DNA of 63,787 bases, the filler included, from Collodictyon triciliatum (Eukaryota), in the NCBI GenBank assembly GCA_043381765.1. It is 15 parts of 15 records of this genome, joined end to end, with 100 filler letters (N's around TTAATTAATTAA, not from the genome) between each part and the next. Parts side by side here need not be neighbours in the genome. Positions count along the whole stretch, not along the records: positions 11,730 to 16,069 come from JBHJMP010006216.1; positions 16,170 to 20,508 come from JBHJMP010006217.1; positions 20,609 to 24,946 come from JBHJMP010006218.1; positions 25,047 to 29,383 come from JBHJMP010006219.1; 11 more parts are not named here. The stretch is one strand, 5' to 3'. The notes beneath the pieces are model-generated. The model saw nothing but the letters and a program-made list of their open reading frames with translations. It did not search any database and was not told where the DNA came from. Both the position numbers and the translations under genes were made by a program. The number at the start of each line of letters is the position of its first letter. Positions within the stretch are counted from its first letter, which is position 1. Shown here in pieces: positions 11,889 to 25,103 of the stretch.

Positions 11889-14250
11889 AGGGGCTTAATC
11901 GCCTCAAAGAACTAGAGTACGTCAACTTGGCCTTAAACAATATTACTACGATCGAAAATCTGGAAGGATGTGAATCATTGAACAAGCTTGACCTTACTGC
12001 AAACTTTATTGTTGATTTGTGTTGCGTGGAGAAGCTTCGTGACAACATTCTCCTTCGAGACCTGTAAGTCCAATTTTCTTCCATAAAATTTTGCCATGAC
12101 ATGATACTTATATATCACCTCTCGGTGTTCTGTTCTATTTGAGGTATATGACTGGAAATCCTTGCACCAAGTTTGAAGGATATCGCAGCTTCGTGATTGC
12201 AGTTCTTCCTCAATTAAAGGTATATAACCATCTTATTGTATGTTTCAAACTCATGTATGTGCGATTCATTTCTTTCCTTAATTTTTTATGAAAAAAAAAT
12301 CCAGAATCTGGACACTGAGGAAATAGAAAAATCAGAACGGCTTGTGGCATTACAAAATCTTCCGTCAATCAGGGCCGAATTTCAAAGATGGCTCCAAGAG
12401 AGAGGACCCGAAGAGAGTAAAATGTTTTAATTGATATCACAATCTTTCAGAAGTCGCATGTAAAATCCAATTGCGTTTTTTTTTTCATATTCAAAAAACA
12501 TTTGTATGGCTAATATTGCCTTATTGATAATGGAAATTGCTTTGATATCCTTCTTTATAGATTCTAACTATACACCTGAGAAGCGAAAAGAACTATACGA
12601 GGACTTGGAATCTAAAAGGAATGAATCGAGTAAACCGTATGCCACCAGATACAAGAGTTTGAATGTTGCCTCATATTAATTGACATCTGATGTTTGATAT
12701 TCCTCAGCATGTTGATTGTTTATGCACCACAAATTGCAATCTTATTTTATCATTTTCAAAAAAAGAAAGCCATCCGTCACTATTGAAGAAGTGGACGCAA
12801 GGTCAAATCAATTTTTCTTTTCCCTATTTTTTTCCCTTTCCTTTTCTTCTCACTCTAATGCATTCTTATGGCCCATCTAATACGGACTTTCATTTATAAA
12901 ATTTAATTTCAAATCAAACTGCAAGAATTCTTATTATGCTATTTCATTTCTCACTTGATTGCTGATAGCCAAGAGCCAGATGAAAAAAAACCATTTCGCC
13001 AGAAAAATGAGGGCAAATGGAAATATCAGTTCGACGAAGATGATGAAAATATATATCTTGACATAGCTATTGGCCGTTTTCTTTCCACATCTTTAATTGA
13101 TGCTGATGTACAACCAACGTATGTGAAAATCACTATCAAGGGTAATTGGTCATTCAATGCCAGAACTTTTTTTTTCCTTTATTCGATTCAAAGTATTCAA
13201 TGCCAGAACTTAATCATTTACCATGTGATGCAAAAATTGTATGTACGGGTAAGAAGTAATAATAATAATAAGAATTTGCTAAATATATCATGAAAGAAAT
13301 TTTTCTTGCAACGAGATGCTAAATCTTTTCTTTCAAAAAATTACGCGATACTAGGAAAAATCTTGCAGCTTTTAACTCCCGAAGAAGTTCGGCCAGATGA
13401 CAGCAGAGCAGAGCGTTCTCAAGTAAATTTTATTGCTCCACACAGACTCACACATATGCACATGTTCACATACACTTCGGTTACTTTTGCTATATTGTAG
13501 ATAATTTGCAATACAGAAAGAGTAAAAGAAAACAATGCAGAATTTATCAACTTTAATAGAATAATGGTTTTGTAAATCGCGGGTATCTGAAATACCATTT
13601 ATAATCAAATGAAACAGACAACCGGGCATCTTCTTCTAACCATGCCTAAATTGAAAGTGGTCACACGAAAAAAGAGTCAAATAGAATCCGCAAAGAAAGT
13701 AGATTTATTTATAACCCCTGACGAATCGATCTTTTCATATTTTTTTTTAATAAACCTATGAATTCACCTCATCTCCAATTTTTTCTTCTTGGATGAATTG
13801 CTACTTTCTTGCTGACAATTTTCCATAAACACTTATGCATCATCAGGCTGAAAATAGCAAAGAAAAAACAACACATAAGCAGGAGTTGTTGGGAGAAGGA
13901 ACCAGTTCTAGCGTCGACTACCGAAACATTGTCAAACATGCAGGAGATACACCAAAAATCATGCCTCTGGTAAGACCGTTCCATATTCACGGATTCTTGG
14001 TTGCGACCATACTATCGAGCGATGTGTGCGCCGTAGTAGACTCACATCAGATCCTAAGATGCATCGACCAGTCGCCATAGCACCATGGCACATGCATTCG
14101 TCTCAACACGGAAGCAATATACGCAGTGGCATACTCACCAGCAGTCGCTTATAGGGTGTGAACGGGGGTGTAATCCGCAGGCAATTACCACCGCAGATGG
14201 AGCCATCGCCCGATTTTGTGGATGACCCAGACGTCCCCCCGCTTGAATAA
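11889..14250 (+). CDS. DNAAF11: Dynein axonemal assembly factor 11 (LRRC6/tilB), multi-exon, 5' truncated
   Basis: [74 protein letters not shown]...[26 protein letters not shown]...[16 protein letters not shown], and C-terminal [12 protein letters not shown]. Confidence 0.92.
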
Positions 14251-14452
14251 AGATGCCCATTGCCCTCACAAATCAGAGACCTCTCACATCACATTCCATT
14301 TCATATCGTCTCATCTGGCAGCCTCTTCCACTTTGATCCAACTTCAAAGAGAAACAGCCCCTCCAAAGCACGTGAACCTCATCTGGGACACAAGAGCACG
14401 CCACGGAGCACCGGACTCTGTATAGATTGCCGCACCAATGGGTTTATTGCGG

Positions 14453-15894
14453 CTACAAATCTGTGGCCTTCGAGCGCGTTGCTCTGCGCTCCACCATCAT
14501 CCTGAGCTTCAAGGTGTTCTCCCAGTCCTTTGGCGTGATTTTCACTGCACCGCGTGTGTGAACGAGAATGCGGGAGCTGCTCCCACCATTCAGCGTCCCG
14601 ACGTGTTCCTTCTCCACAAAGGATTTGCCATCAACATCAACATCAACATCAACATCAAACAGCTCCAAATTCGGGTCCATGACACTGACAGGCTGTGCTG
14701 GGTCCCACTTTCCAGCAGCGTGGAACTCCGGAGCTATCTCGATGTTGGACGCTAATACCAAGAAGTATGTATATATTATACATTTCACACTAGATATGCA
14801 ATTTTTATAGATAAAGAGATATATATACAGATAATGGCTTGCACAAATTGAAAAGTAAGAATAAATAAATATAGTATTTTCATCCATTTCTTTCCTTATT
14901 CATCAACTGCAGCCATATACTAGAGCAAGATAAACGGCAACTCAAATCAAAATTCATGTTGGCGTGTGCATGGCTAGAGACATGCAAGAAAACAAACCCG
15001 TGATGTCAGATGCGCACGCATAGTCTTTCAATAATCCAACACTGACATCCCCCATGCGTGAGTGAAGCGAGAGCTGTGCTCCAGTCGCAGAGTTGTGTGA
15101 GTCCAGTAAGGCCACGCGGATGGGCCCATCCAAAGACCGGAGCCACGCAGATCCGTGCAACGCAGGGCACTCGATGCGCGCAGCCTTACCAGAGACAGAA
15201 CCCTGCAATGCAGCTACATGGGCAAGATTCACGACAAGCGAGTCGCGTGCATCCAGACAGGCGTTGTCTGCATAGAGGCTCTGGATAGCAAGCTGGCCAT
15301 CATCTGCATGGGATACAAATCGACGGGCAAAGACCCGGGCAATCTCGACTCCCTTAGACCCACGGACCTGGATCACCTGCCCTTCCAAGCTGCGAGCCTT
15401 GACCGAGCCTAAAGGTGCATCGAGCCGTGCAGCCTTTCCTTGGACACGGTCCACGTCGATGTCTCCGTTTTGCGCCATGATCCGCAGGCTGCCTTCGACC
15501 TTACCAGTCACCTGGACACTACCGCTTGAGCGAAGGCCAAGCGATGCATTCTGCGGGAGATATACAGTGACCTTCTCTGCTGGTGCCTTGTCCCCAGAGG
15601 CGCAACGGATTCTGGTCCCTTTTTCTTTGTCTGATGTGTCCAGCGGCGATATCGAGATGCGCTCGTGGAAGAGACGCTCGTCGCCGCTGGTTTCTTTCCC
15701 GCCAATGAGATCTGCATCTGCCGTGCCAGAAGCGTGCGCGTTCGCATCCATGCTCACGTGGATGTAAATTGCTTCTTCCCACCATGTTCGCACAGCAACT
15801 TTCTTGCTCTCAATGTCCAGACTGATGGGTCCATCAAAGCGAGTCCAGATGCGTTTTGCACCCCATCGTCCGTTGCTGTGGAGGTCTCGCTTGG
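14453..15894 (-). CDS. FAM185A / DUF4097 beta-strand-repeat-like protein (5' truncated; exons ~14997-15894 and ~14453-14754)
   Basis: VTVYLPQNASLGLRSSGSVQVTGKVEGSLRIMAQNGDIDVDRVQG...LDAPLGSVKARSLEG...IQSLYA...LHSRMGDVSV, a repeated beta-strand GxV/GDI pattern. Last exon ends ILVHTRGAVKI...W. Lies tail-to-tail with DNAAF11. Confidence 0.65.
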
Positions 15895-15973
15895 CTAATG
15901 ATACCGTGCACCAGGAAAGAATTCATGACATATAATAATAATTAATAATGATGCTAGGCGTTGGTCGATTACA

Positions 15974-16069
<96 letters not shown>

Positions 16070-16503
16070 NNNNNNNNNNNNNNNNNNNNNNNNNNNNNNN
16101 NNNNNNNNNNNNNTTAATTAATTAANNNNNNNNNNNNNNNNNNNNNNNNNNNNNNNNNNNNNNNNNNNNAGAAAAGAAAAAAGAAAAGAAAAAAGAAAAG
16201 AAAAAAGAAAAGAAAAAGAAAAGAAAAAAGAAAAGAAAAAAGAAAAGAAAAAAGAAAAGAAAAAAGAAAAGAAAAAAGAAAGAAAAGAAAGAAAAAGAAA
16301 GATGGAAAGAAAAAGAAAAAGAAGGAAAAAAGGAAAGGAAAAAAGGAAAGGAAAAAGAAAGAAAAAGAAAGATGGAAAGAAAAAGAAAAAGAAGGAAAAA
16401 AGGAAAGGAAAAAAGGAAAGGAAAAAAGGAAAGAAAAAAGGAAAAAAAAAGAAAATTATATCTATGTTATATTATCTCATACTCCTCCATGGGAGTCAAG
16501 GAA

Positions 16504-16522
16504 GCTTCCATGGCGCAACCGG

Positions 16523-16559
<37 letters not shown>

Positions 16560-16576
16560 GAGCCCACCTGGGAGCG
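16504..16576 (+). tRNA. trnN-GUU: tRNA-Asn (GTT)
   Basis: 73-nt cloverleaf: acceptor GCTTCCA/TGGGAGC, D stem GCGC/GCGC, anticodon arm TTCGG-CTGTTAA-CCGAA, T arm GGTGG-TTCGAGC-CCACC. A TTTTT Pol III terminator follows a few bases downstream. Confidence 0.97.
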
Positions 16577-16820
16577 GAGTACTTTTTGCCCTAATGCGCC
16601 GGTGCAGTTTATTTGCTTTTTTTGAAGCGAGGCCTCGCGTGAGATTCGTGCGCAGTCCACAATTCTCAGATGCGCACAAAGTCTATCGTGCTGTGGAGTC
16701 TGAATCCGCACCAGGAGATTGTTTCTTTATGGAGCAGGAGGAGGAGGAAAGGGAAGGGGAAGCGCAAGACAGAGAGGGAACACTAGAAACACACCACAGC
16801 TGCGGAGTGGAGGGGGCCGG

Positions 16821-18345
16821 TCAATCGTCATCGTCATCGTCATCGGGCGCGAAGTTCGCGTTGACATCGGAAATGCCAGTGCGCGGCTCGTCATAAAGCG
16901 CAGAGCCTTTCCTCGGTTGGTTCTGTGTTGCGCTGGGTATGGAATTTCGATGCGACAAGGGCGGGTTTGGCTGGGTTCCGTCCTCGGTGCCATCGTCTCC
17001 AGACTGTGGCCTCCGATTCTGCAGCAGGCCTTTCGACCAATTGGAGCCAGATTTGAAGCGCGCGGCTTCTCGTCTTAGCAAATCGGCACGAATGCGATCG
17101 GTCCGGTCCAAGCGTAAGCGCAGTTCTCGTTCTCTGTTTGCCAAAAGTGTCTGCATTTCTTCGACTCGCCGCATTTCAGCCTCTTTTTGTTCCTGCAGCT
17201 CCTCTATGTGCCCTTCAATCTCCTCTATTTTTTGCTTCACGTCGTGTCGGTCGCCTTGCAGTAAATTAAGTTTGCTGTTTTGTCCTTCTATCTTTCCTTT
17301 CAAGACAACGATTTGCTCAGAGAGCTCACGAGCTGATGAGTCCTTTTCATGTAGCAAAGTCATCATTCTTGAGTCTAAATCTTGCAGCATTTTATCCAGT
17401 TTCTTCAATTCCTGCGCCTGGCCCATCGCTTCTGACCAAATCTGCTTCAGTGTAGCCGACAATTCCTTCTTTTCGGTATTGACAAGCTCCAGTTCTTTGG
17501 ACAATCTTTCGAATTCTTGTTCTTTTTCATCCGCTAGCCGGCTTCTCTCCTTAATCCCTTCCTTACAGGTAGCAATATCTCTATAGATCCCCGCAATTTG
17601 GGACTGATTGGTGAGGTCATAAGTTATTCATGGGACAATTTTTTTTTATTTTTGCTGAAACTCATTGTGTATGTTAAGGCATAGTATTGACACTCTTAAA
17701 AACATTTTCTTTCTTGCTTTGCTTCCACGAACCTTGCATGTATCTATTTCCTTAGTCAGCTCGAGAACTATATTACTTGCAGTCCGAGATGACGGCTGGC
17801 TGGGTTTTCTCTACATGTTTGGATTAGCAGGGGGATAGAGAAATCAAAGAAATATGTCAGTGTTATAAAATTTGCCGACAGTTTATTATTCATAAATATG
17901 AACTAGATATGAAACATTTACTGACCCTTTGGAAAAAGAAATATTTAATTACCCGAAAGGTTGCCATGGAATATACTGAGGGTGTGTATCCCCGATTAAT
18001 TGGCGTTTGTGGTGCAGTGCGAGGCCTTTCGCTTAATGTATATTCCATTATTGTGAGAGAAAAAACAATATACCATCTGGCGGAATAAAAGAGCATCCAA
18101 AAAAAAAAAAAGAAAAAAAAGAAAGAGCATTCCGCCTTAAACTGTAATCAAAGTTAATTCGATTGCAACACATGGACAAACAAGTCACCTATCAGACACG
18201 TGGGCAGCGAATCCAAAATCCGGAGTGGATGCAACTCTGGGATCCTTTGTTGGATAGGGTGATTGAGAAGTTACACTGATCGGTCGGGTAAATCCTTCGT
18301 CAACTCCAGAATCAGGCCGGGTCGTATAAACAGAATTCAAACTAG
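16821..18345 (-). CDS. Coiled-coil protein, 3' exons (possibly the same gene as 18463-20313)
   Basis: Long E/K/L/Q heptad-rich exon (~16821-17580) ending PDDDDDDD*. Upstream AG/GT exons at ~17693-17810, ~17953-18050 (RPRTAPQTP) and ~18188-18343 (RPDSGVDEGFTRP). Confidence 0.6.
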
Positions 18346-18462
18346 GGTACTGAAGCCTTCTTTTAAATAATAATAATAATAATAATAAAGATTTTGGGCT
18401 CCATAGTTCTTTGAATATATTCTAATATTATGTTCTACTTTATATAAAAAGTATTCGCACTT

Positions 18463-20313
18463 ACAAACCTTATATATTTCAGGTGTCTTGAGTGAAATAC
18501 CAGTTATGTTTGTGAGGTAAAGCTTTTTTTTTGTCGTTATATATTGTGTTGATTGGGGTTAACTATGAATCTACTAAATTTTTTTTTATTTTTTTGACAT
18601 TTTAATGAGAACGATGTGAATATAGCACGATGGAATAACCACTTTTCCAGCGTTATCTTGGATGAACTCAATCTTCATGTAGGTGGGTATCTATGGACAA
18701 ATTATTTACCATTCAAGATGTAACTTAGATATGGAAGCATACAAAATGAAATTCTGTGAGAAACAAGTGAAATGTAAGCTTAAATGAACTGACCATCCCG
18801 TATACCGTGCGCAAGTACCTAATGGTGTAAAGAGTTCCTTTTCGAACGTCTGATGCTATCATAGCTACAGTAAATATTATTAGTGTCTAAAAAAATAGTC
18901 TAGAAAAAATTATAATTTCTTAAAATATGTTTAAAAATAGATAATATATTGTAAAGAAAATTACGAGATGAAAATACTGTCGAAGGAAGTAAGCTATCCG
19001 GAACCATATGGTCTTTGTGATTCCTTTATGATAATTTTTATGTTACCAAATTTACTTCTCATCAGACAGTTTGCTATGTGATATTAAATAAATACGGATT
19101 TTTTTTTTTTTTTTTACTTTTTAATGTATTTTTGGTGGGTTATCTGACATAATTCTTCACCACTAGGGTTTAGAGTATATTCTGCTACATACCTGATAAT
19201 AAAAATATCAGCATAATTTTTGGATACTTCATGCTCTAGAATGAATGATATATATATGAAATAAATTTCGAAAAGAAAGTTATGTTGTGTATGAAAATGA
19301 GAAAAAGTTTTACTTTATGTTCGAAAGCGGCTGTATGAATGCTTGAATAATATTTGGAGAGTTTGGAGTAAGTGATTCTTGTTGCCCATCTTCAATTTGT
19401 TGAAGTTGGTCGCATAGGGATAGGAAATCGCCCGATTTGATTAATTCATGCTCAATTCCTACATTGAATGCGGATTTTTCAGCATCAAACCAAGCGGAAT
19501 TAAGCAGTTATCATCAAAACTCAAACCATCTGGCTTCCATGAAACGCATATATAGCGTTGGGTATTTGATGTGTCTTTTGTCGCTTCGTCAATTAAAGTT
19601 CGCTTTATCATCGCAATATTGGTTTTTTGTGAGGTTTTTCGAAGGATCTGTCCATCCTAGGATATTTGAATAATCATATGGAGGACTGATATTTAAGAAA
19701 AACATAATAATAAACGGACTGCTCTGTTTTAATTGTTGATCATAATATTTGTATTCACTATTGCTTTAAACTCATGCACCACCTTTCGACTCGTGAAATA
19801 ATTCAAATATATGGAAGCAGTTAGTATACTACTGCGATACAAAGATGTAAACGTACCTTTGAAGTAAACATCCATGCTTGAACAGATCCGTTAGGATATA
19901 ATAAGATGGTATGCGGGATGGGAAAGTAAAATTTTTCTGGAGAGTTCTAAATGGGTCATTTCATATCGTTAAATCAAGAATACACATACAAATCAATGCA
20001 ATGATACCGATAAGATATTAAGGCCAACACAGTGTAACTCACATTCCATAGCAGGCCGATAATAGCTGATATGTCAGGCCCTGTTGCTTCGGCTCTTGGA
20101 GACGATAAAGAGGGACCTGCATGTTTCGAGGGTACGCTAGGAACAGCAGCAGCAGAAGCAGAAGCAGAAGCAGGAGATTCCAGCTTTCTCTCTGTCTTGA
20201 ACCAAACATCGTGACTGCGGAGGTTATTTTCATTCCCAAGGTCGTCAAAGATATCGACCACCCCCCGCATTGGAGGTTGCTTTCGGCAAACGTTTCCATC
20301 GGCGTCCCGCATC
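18463..20313 (-). CDS. Conserved-looking hypothetical protein, multi-exon
   Basis: Consecutive exons read IIGLLWN|NSPEKFYFPIPHTILLYPNGSVQAWMFTSK|DGQILRKTSQK...|...IIQAFIQP...|MKIEFIQDNAGKV with GT-AG boundaries. Function not recognised. Confidence 0.5.
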
Positions 20314-20827
20314 TGTATTGCTACATGAACACATTAAGCTTGTGTCAAAACAATCATAGAGATTATTTCGGTATCTTCGATTGGGATAATTTTTTTGTGA
20401 ACTAATCAATGAAAAGAAAAGAAAAGAAAAAAGAGAAGAAAAAAGAGAAGAAAAAAGAGAAGAAAAAAGAGAAGAAAAAAGAGAAGAAAAAAGAGAAGAA
20501 AAAAGAGANNNNNNNNNNNNNNNNNNNNNNNNNNNNNNNNNNNNNNNNNNNNTTAATTAATTAANNNNNNNNNNNNNNNNNNNNNNNNNNNNNNNNNNNN
20601 NNNNNNNNTCCCACACATCACCACCTACTTTGGAACTACTTGCCTGATGGTTGAATGAAAGATTGTTGAGACGGGCTCAACAGCTAAGACTTTTAGAATA
20701 AAAAAAATCTACTGTTGCACAATTTTTCATGATACGTAAAATTTAGAATTCTGGTTGATAACACTTGTATCCCAACTCGTCTACAAAACCCCCATACTGA
20801 TAGAATGTTCCTTTTAATTTCGTACCA

Positions 20828-22037
20828 TTATTTTGATAAGTCCTTTATTTTATATTGCATAATGAGAGTTTCTTTTCGAACACTCTCAGAGCAAACCTAT
20901 AAACTTCCACATCATACTTGTTAATTTCGTAGAAGCTGGCTAGTTGGAGGTCGCTTATGCTCTCAACAAAGTTAGATGGACCTACGTTTTCCCTATTTCC
21001 GTTGTATTCCTATATTTATGAAGAAATATTCGTTATTACATTCTCTCCGTTTTTATGTTATTCTTGACTATTGTCCACATACTAGAATATCAAACACACT
21101 AAAGAGCGTGTTAAGCCATCTATTTTGTTCTCTTATGGTGCGATTTAGGAGTTACTTTGAGAAAGAACTCTGGAAATAACCTCTGAAGCAGCTGCGTCGT
21201 CTGATTGATTCTCTCAGTAATACCGACTAGGCTGAATGAATGTACTATTCGCACCTTAGCTATATATGCTGATGTTTCATCTCTTGACAAGCAATCCTTC
21301 TGATGTCCACACAAATATGCGAGTTGTAAGTTCTTGAGTCTTGACGAAAAGTTATCAAATGTGAGCTCGCAGTTTTCATTGAGTTTCTTGCAGTCATAAA
21401 CCTTCCATGAAAGAAGTCTAGAAGCAGGTTCTCTTACTACACTAATATATGCCATATCACCAGTTCCATATTTGGATCTTGCCACGTTTGCAGGTAAGTA
21501 GGAAGCAAAGGATGTGTGACTGTCGAAGAATGCAGGCTTTTTCTGCTCCATTTCGTTAACTTGATACGCAATCTCTTTGGGGTTCAAATATTCTCCGGGG
21601 ACATGGTTGAATGGGTTTTTTCTAGAGCTAGCATGGAAATAATAGGAAACATGCCGGAGTTCACGACCAGAATTTTTAGTAGCTTTCACGTTTTCATCAA
21701 TGTATGCCTGTATTGTGGTTGAACCACATTTAGGCACGCGATTGTAATATATGATTGATGGCCTTAACGGTAAACAGGAATCAACTTGGGCTAATAATTC
21801 ATCGTCACTAAGCCTGGGAAAAGATGTGTCCACTTCCTCTGAGCCTTCCTTAAATATCCCAGAATAATTACGTAAATAGTCCGCCTCTGGAGCCCTTGCA
21901 TATAATAAGTCTTTTTCAAGCCGTGGAATACAATTGACGGATATTCTTTCATTCAAGTAGGAAAATGGATTCAATATTATAACCGAGATCAGCGAAAGGT
22001 ATGAAAAAGCTGCGTGGCGAAACATTGACACCTGCAT
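20828..22037 (-). CDS. Type II membrane carbohydrate sulfotransferase (heparan sulfate 2-O / uronyl 2-O-sulfotransferase-like)
   Basis: N-terminal hydrophobic anchor, 5'-PAPS loop IIYYNRVPKCGSTT, 3'-phosphate motif YISVVREPASRLLSW, and FSLVGITE. One intron (~20993-21154) precedes a last exon ...NKYDVEVYRFALRVF...*. Confidence 0.82.
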
Positions 22038-22725
22038 TTCAAAAAGAAAATATTAAGGGAATGTCTTGTGCTTAAAGTCAAGATTACTCTCAAACTCGGC
22101 TATAGTAAAAAGAAAATAACAGAAAAACTTTGTCCTGCTATTCTTGAGGCAAATAGGTCAGTTCATATTCTCCAAATATTAACTTGCCTTTACATTACTT
22201 AGAGTATTGTAATATTTTCAGTATTAAGATCAAGACAAGGCCAGGTTATTTCATTACATTTTAACTCTTTCGAATACCTCTTATCTAAATATCAGGAAAA
22301 AGAAAGTGTTGTGGCAATGCTATGTGATATTATATTTATCTATATAGTTAAATAAATATAATACCCCGGTGTAACTTTCATTTATTTATTTTTGATTTGG
22401 AAATTTTTATTCAGTAAATATTTTACCATTATTTATTCATGAAATATAATATCACATCTAATAATATATGATAATTATTATATTCAGAAACTTTTGATTT
22501 ATTTTTCATTGTCCATAACAATATATTAAAAAATTGTAAAAAAAATACGGTAATTATTTAATTATTGGTGTGTGTAAGGATGAATTGTCTATAAAAAGGT
22601 TCTGAACAGGGTTAAAAGCCAGCAACCACCGGATGCAATCCATGTTTTTATTGCTAGACAATTAATTATTTGCGTATTATGTTGGTTCATATTACGACAA
22701 TTTTATATATTTTTTTATAATATTT

Positions 22726-24946
22726 ATGGAAGAATAAATAAATTTAAGAGATGAAAATTTAGAAAATTTGGGAATAAAAAGCATAAATAACATATACAAG
22801 CTGGACAATGTTATTGGCATTCAAGAAGCGAACCATGTGAAACGAAAAAAAATAGAAACACGTGTTGAAACGGTTCTTTTTGAACTCCACGGAGAGCTGG
22901 ACATATCAACATTTTACAAGGTTTCTCAGAATACGGTAATTGTATTTTTTGAGAATGATGACAGATACGAGTATGGAAAGGTAAATTATGATATAAAAAA
23001 TTTAGGTAAAAGAGAAGATGATGCATTTAAATATTACATGAAATATTTTTACCTTTACTTGTGGGGAAAACTTTTGTTCAAGACGATTGATAAGTTTCAA
23101 AAGACCAAAAATAATAATGATTCGGGGATAGTGCGTCAAAATTTATAAACTATTTAAGAAGAAATATAGGGAGACTTGGCTAAAAATTTAGTGTTATATC
23201 AAACAAAATGAAAAGTATCTGCCCAAAAACAAGGACAGATATGGGATATTCGTCTTACTTTTTGCCAATTTTCAATGTATACTTTCCCGGTGATTTGTGT
23301 CCAATTATTTATTTGAGTAAATCAATGAAAAATGAGAATGATATTTATACATATATTGGGAATATGTATGATTATTATGAAACCCGAAAAAAGTTAAAAT
23401 TCACTAAAGATTGAAAAGTTTGCAAATTTAAAGAGGGTACAAAATTGTACCCATTAAATCAGGATATCGAAAAAATATTTAACGACAATTTAGTATTGCG
23501 GCAAAAAACAAATATTGTAGATATATTTAATAGCGTTGCAAAATATTCGGAACTTAGATTTCCCAAAATTTATTTTGGCATGAATTGTCGAAAAAAAATT
23601 TAATATAAAAACGTATTCAGTACATTTAATGATTCGATCGATATATTTCGTTTGAAGAGAGAAAAAACATTTATATTTCGTGAACTACTACCTAAAATAT
23701 GCAAGATTATAATCAATGAATATAAAGGTGCTATCCCAGAACAATTTTACGATAATCTATGTTATCATATAAGCTTGATGGTAGAATTGTGCCAAAATGT
23801 AATTCCCAAACAGCACGAAAAAAAAAGAAAAAAGAATAAAAAATCTTTTGGCGGATATATTGTATCAAAACTTTTGCTTTGGACCTTACTTTAATTTTAT
23901 CAGAGACAAGAGTATTTATCCCGCATTTCTCTATTATCAAAACTACAAAGATAAAAAAGATATATACATGAACAACTGGTGGATTGGAAGTCATTTGAGT
24001 TTTCATGATGAGTTTGGAAACCGGGTAAATTTTGGAAATAACAGCCACACGGAAAACCCCAATATGCCGCCAATAGTGCAAGATTTCTTTTTGCCTAATA
24101 ATAGTGTGGGTGTTATTTTGATAGACTTTTTCAGTTGCAGATATAGGTTCAAACTATCGGTTTCTGAATATGAAAATAGATTACCAATAGATAGTACCCA
24201 AATGCCCCAACAATCATATGATGCAGAGTTCAATAAAAAATAATTTATATGATTTGTGTAAAAGCCTTTCATCTTTTTTGAAAAGTAATGTAATCGATGC
24301 CATATATCTATATTTTGATACAAAAATGAAAGAATATTATGTTGATCCAGCAACTAGTTCTGTTAAAGGACCCCAACTGTATGAAATAGAGTATAAATTG
24401 TTGAAAATTATACAAATAGGAACAGATAATGATGGTTTAAAGCAAAAAATGATAGAAAAGTTAGAAGACTTTACTGGTACTTTAGGAAACAGTCAACTTT
24501 TGAATAAAGAGAGCTGGTATCCTATAATAAATTTATTAATAAGAAAAGAATATCAGCAACAATTTATAGATACATATAAAAATATCAAATTTGGTAATAT
24601 AACATGTTTCTTTTATAGAATTTCTTGTTATGAATTTCGTTTATTCTGACGACAACGGATATTTTTTGGGTAGGCAAATTCAGCCATTTAATGTACAAGA
24701 ATATTTTGATATGGCAGAAAAGAGCATAAATACAAGAGATTCTCCCAAGCAAAATTTCTATGGAGACTATGTAAAATGTATGAATTATTACAATTTCTGT
24801 CGTATTATCACCTCTATATTATATATAGGTGATAATATGACAGCCAGCCCCCAACCCTGCTATTTTACGCCTTTATATACACATATCCCTATCTATATAT
24901 GGTTAATTCCACATTTGGCAGAGAATGTTTGAGAAGGTTCTGGAAT
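22726..24946 (+). pseudogene. AT-rich, intronless decayed long ORF of unknown (possibly viral or mobile) origin
   Basis: Seven same-strand ORF fragments abut or overlap (22768-24932). One frame runs ~23140-23894 broken only by single TAA/TGA codons, and frameshifts fall at A-runs (~23820, ~24240). N/K/I/Y/F-rich, unlike the host genes. Confidence 0.55.
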
Positions 24947-25103
24947 NNNNNNNNNNNNNNNNNNNNNNNNNNNNNNNNNNNNNNNNNNNNTTAATTAATT
25001 AANNNNNNNNNNNNNNNNNNNNNNNNNNNNNNNNNNNNNNNNNNNNCCCCCCCCCCCCCCCCCCCCCCTTCTTTTACCCAATCTATAATCAACCAACTCT
25101 CAG

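Noticed and set aside
11322-12102. ORF-track proteins rich in F/L/C/V or K/R/E/Q/T/N (also 8296-8570, 16302-16541, 27969-28346, 30446-30646, 31245-31496, 48494-49002, 51605-51925)
   Set aside because: These are translations of microsatellites and homopolymer tracts in introns or intergenic DNA.
22726-23894. Alternative genetic code (stop reassignment) explaining in-frame stops
   Set aside because: Interruptions are a mix of TAA, TGA and frameshifts, and intact genes in the window end in TAA, TAG and TGA normally.
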